From contig CBDBLO010000002.1 in assembly GCA_965207075.1 (NCBI GenBank), positions 1,472,001-1,536,000 on the forward strand: a stretch of DNA of 64,000 nt, in the 5' to 3' direction. The DNA is from Nitrosopumilus sp. (lineage in GTDB: Archaea > Thermoproteota > Nitrososphaeria > Nitrososphaerales > Nitrosopumilaceae). Below the pieces are notes generated by a model that had not been told where the DNA came from, searched no databases, and saw nothing but the letters and a program-made list of their open reading frames with translations. Shown in pieces: positions 61,017 through 64,000 of the stretch; positions within the stretch are counted from its first letter, which is position 1; each line of letters starts with the position of its first letter. The position numbers and the translations under genes were made by a program.

Positions 61017-61388
61017 CTACGCATCCGCGATGTCCAGAATCTTTTTTGGAAGCTCGCCGTAGTCGGCGTCGGGCTCGGCCACGACATACAAGATATCCTT
61101 GCCAAGGTGCGTGCTGATGGCAAGCGCCTTCTCACGCAGCGCGAGTGCAAACCGCACCTCCCCGAGCTGGGCATCGAACTCGCGGCGCATCTTTACGCGC
61201 AGCGCAAGCTCCATGAACATCATCTCCTCGTCCTTCTCACTCTCAAGGGGCTTTACGTTCTCGCGCATGCCGCCGGCAACCAGCCGGCCGCGATCGTTGA
61301 TCACCCCGACAAACCGTATCTTCGGGTCAATCCCCATGACGGAGGCGCATATTCCCTGATAGTCGTAAATCTTGCCAGAGTCCATCAT
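61017..61388 (-). CDS. Roadblock/profilin-like hypothetical protein
   Basis: DPKIRFVGVINDRGRLVAGG...MRREFDAQLGEV pattern. Confidence 0.8.
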   Translation of the reverse strand: MMDSGKIYDYQGICASVMGIDPKIRFVGVINDRGRLVAGGMRENVKPLESEKDEEMMFMELALRVKMRREFDAQLGEVRFALALREKALAISTHLGKDILYVVAEPDADYGELPKKILDIADA

Positions 61389-61482
61389 GCCGAAACCCCA
61401 AGCTCCCTCTATTATCTTTTTACAGCAGGCGCGCCGGTTTTCGCGACACGTGGCACAGGTTCCGCGAGACGGCCGGCTGCGT

Positions 61483-62595
61483 CTAGGACGTCAGCCTTGA
61501 GACGAGCTCGGAGAACTCCGGCTGCGCGAGGGGCTCGATCTTCATGATGCGGGTGTTGTCCTGCACGTGCTCGGGGGTCTTTTGCCCCACCAGGGGGGCC
61601 AGCACTCCGGGAGCGGACCGTATGAACTGCAGGGCGCGCAAAGAGGGGTCCAGATCAAGAAAGTCCGGCATCGTGCCGGACTGCAGCAGCCGCCCCTGCA
61701 TGAACGGCACGCTGGTAAACACGCCTATGCCCAGCTCGGACGCGGCGTCGAGGGCGGAGAGACAGCGCTCTTCCCCTCCTCGCCCTACAGCCTGGTTCTT
61801 TTTTAGCAGCGCCTGGTCATAATACAGGTTGAACGGCATCTGGACGAACCTAAAGCCGTGGTCCTTCCCCCCGACCTCCTCGGCCATGCCGCATATGTCC
61901 GCGAGCGACAGATACAACGGGCTCGAGTCGTCGACCCTAAAGCACTCCCACGTGGCCATACCGTAGTACCTGATCTTGCCCTCCGCGCGCCGCTCCTCGT
62001 ACATTGCCATCGCGTCCGACAGGGAGCCGAGGAATTTCTCCCGGGTAACGTTGCTCATCTGCCCCTCGGCCGCGTTGTGCAGGTATACCAGATCGATGCA
62101 CTCCAGTCCCATGTTGCGCAGGCTGCGGTCGATCTGGTCGGACAGGTACGAGGGCGTCATGCAGTGGTACGAGGGCGTTATGTCCCCGGAGCTCACGATT
62201 CCCGGATCCGTGTACTCCTGCTTTACGTACTCCCAGAACCCGAGCCCCGTGTCCGCGTCGTTCGTGACGTAGCCCCCCTTCGTGCATATGAATAGCTGGT
62301 CCCTGGACGCGATGCCCCGTTCTGCGAGCTCCGCGACAGCCTTGCCCACGGAACGCTCCGCCTTTTGCCCCCTGTAGTTTATCGCCGTGTCAATCACGTT
62401 GATGCCCGCGCGCACGGACCGTATCACGGCGTCAGACACGAGGGCGTCTGTGCGGTCGTCCGCGTCCCCCAGGTACGTGCCGAGCCCTACGTTTGAGAGC
62501 GTCAGTCCTGCAAACCTTCTGTAGTTGCCGGCACGGGCTCCGGATTTTTCGGCAAACGCCGCGGTCCCCTCGGGCGTGGCAGATCCCGGTATCAT
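61483..62595 (-). CDS. Aldo/keto reductase
   Basis: GLGTY, IDTAINY...ERSVG, TKGG, IDLVYLHN and GKIRYYG motifs. Confidence 0.93.
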   Translation of the reverse strand: MIPGSATPEGTAAFAEKSGARAGNYRRFAGLTLSNVGLGTYLGDADDRTDALVSDAVIRSVRAGINVIDTAINYRGQKAERSVGKAVAELAERGIASRDQLFICTKGGYVTNDADTGLGFWEYVKQEYTDPGIVSSGDITPSYHCMTPSYLSDQIDRSLRNMGLECIDLVYLHNAAEGQMSNVTREKFLGSLSDAMAMYEERRAEGKIRYYGMATWECFRVDDSSPLYLSLADICGMAEEVGGKDHGFRFVQMPFNLYYDQALLKKNQAVGRGGEERCLSALDAASELGIGVFTSVPFMQGRLLQSGTMPDFLDLDPSLRALQFIRSAPGVLAPLVGQKTPEHVQDNTRIMKIEPLAQPEFSELVSRLTS

Positions 62596-62670
62596 GCAGC
62601 ACGTGCCCGCCGTGCCAATTTATTGCTATGGCGGGGGCGGGAGGGCAGGGCGCCGGCCGCGCGGCCCGGC

Positions 62671-63591
62671 CTAGCACCATTCCGGACAGAGCAACGAGAC
62701 TGCTATCCCGGCCACGAGCAGGGCCCCCGTTATGCGGCCAAACACGAGCGCCCGAGACAGGTGCGGCAGCAGCTGGTCCGTCGCGGACATGCAGTGCCGG
62801 GCAAGTCCCGCGCCGGCGGACGCGACGATGGGAACGGCTGCAAGCGTGATCAGCGCCGTGTACGGAAGCACGCCTGCCCCCGCCCCCGCGACGATTGCGC
62901 CATAAGTTACGGCGGGAAAGAGCCAGAAGAGGGCCGACGCCCTCCTCTTTCCGGCCGCTATTACGAGCGTCCTGCGCCCCCCGGCCTTGTCGGCCTCAAA
63001 GTCCGGAAACGATGCCACGAACAGCACAAGCGAGGACAGGGAGCCCACTGCCACCCCTGCAAGGACGGCGTCCGGCTCCAGGGAGCCGTGCTGTATGTAG
63101 AACGAGCCGAGCACGATCATGCACCCTTTCACGGCCACAAAAAACTCGCCGAGGCCAACGTTCACTATCTTGGTGGAGTAAAAGTAGATGGCCACAACTG
63201 CAAACCCCAGCATCAGTGCGATGGGGATTCCGTGCGTGACTACAAAGTACGCGCCGGTGGTGGCGCCGAGGGCCAGAAAGAGGAGTCCGGCGCGATATAC
63301 GGACTGCGGGCTCAGCAGCCCCTCGGGCAGTACGCCCGTCCCGCCGCTGATCCGCGTGCGCCCCGCCGCGGTGTCGATCCCCCTCTTGTAGTCCCAGTAG
63401 TCGTTTAGCAGGTCGACGCTGGCATGCAGCGCGAGCACCCCGCCCAGGGTCAGCGCTGCGTGAAACGGGTCGAGCGTTCCGTCATGCCGGACAGACAGAG
63501 CGAACGCAACGGATACCGATATGACCGATGCAAGGAGGAACCTTACGCGTATGACGCGCAGCCACGCGGACATCGTTGCCATTACGGTCAC
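62671..63591 (-). CDS. UbiA/MenA-family prenyltransferase
   Basis: NDYWDYKRGID, GLGE and DFEADKAGGRRTL motifs; several TM helices. Confidence 0.9.
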   Translation of the reverse strand: MTVMATMSAWLRVIRVRFLLASVISVSVAFALSVRHDGTLDPFHAALTLGGVLALHASVDLLNDYWDYKRGIDTAAGRTRISGGTGVLPEGLLSPQSVYRAGLLFLALGATTGAYFVVTHGIPIALMLGFAVVAIYFYSTKIVNVGLGEFFVAVKGCMIVLGSFYIQHGSLEPDAVLAGVAVGSLSSLVLFVASFPDFEADKAGGRRTLVIAAGKRRASALFWLFPAVTYGAIVAGAGAGVLPYTALITLAAVPIVASAGAGLARHCMSATDQLLPHLSRALVFGRITGALLVAGIAVSLLCPEWC

Positions 63592-63648
63592 GCAGCTGCA
63601 ATTGTTATTAATTTAACACGGCCCTGACGTGACTGGGGTGCGGCAGGC

Positions 63649-63891
63649 ATGATACTGGGCAGGATAGAAGAGGGGCAGAGGAGAACAAGGCTGGAATGCG
63701 AGATGCGCTGCACCTCCTGCTCAAAGAGGGTGCCCGGCGGCATCGTGGTCGCAGAGGGGTTTGACAAGACCGAGGAGTTTTGCCGCATGCTTGAGAGTCT
63801 CAAGAGTACGTACCTTTGCGGCATCTGCAGGGATGCCAGAAGGGTCAGAAGGAAGGCAGGAGGCGCAGACGGGGCAACAGGCGGCGCGTGA
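63649..63891 (+). CDS. Small putative zinc-binding protein
   Basis: CTSC...YLCGICRD; TTAATTTA upstream. Confidence 0.7.
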   Translation: MILGRIEEGQRRTRLECEMRCTSCSKRVPGGIVVAEGFDKTEEFCRMLESLKSTYLCGICRDARRVRRKAGGADGATGGA

Positions 63892-63905
63892 CTGCCGTAT
63901 GCTCC

Positions 63906-63989
<84 letters not shown>

Positions 63990-64000
63990 ATAGACACTAT

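Overview
GC-rich archaeal DNA; gene content and order (TFB, aRF1, Alba, Rpo6, S25e/S26e, PurP, CbtAB, small conserved Thaumarchaeota-type ORFs) point to Nitrosopumilaceae, possibly a Cenarchaeum-like symbiont (inference). Most of the window is core genes: gatCAB/aspS, purP, ilvD, trpEGDCBA, pyrG, NAD kinase, speB, thrS, deoxyhypusine synthase and tRNA-Phe. The main unexplained structure is a family of non-autonomous elements with related ~24-bp GG-ended terminal inverted repeats (TIRs). One member (339-905, exact 8-bp target duplication) carries only the N-terminal third of a tnpB-like gene. Three 84-85-bp MITE copies lie in an island between trpA and pyrG. Two of them appear to bracket a composite transposon (41954-45763, duplication TTTAGACA) whose original ~1.07-kb content was a DUF3800-like gene followed by a densely base-paired ~90-nt candidate ncRNA; an IS5 and an IS3 later inserted into it. 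Also notable: an IS630 splitting a Yip1-like gene; a lower-GC cbtBA block with an ACG start, an upstream ORF and a candidate operator; a degenerate RNase HII paralogue; and many trinucleotide microsatellites and low-complexity inserts. All calls come from reading sequence and motifs by eye; no searches or folding programs were run.
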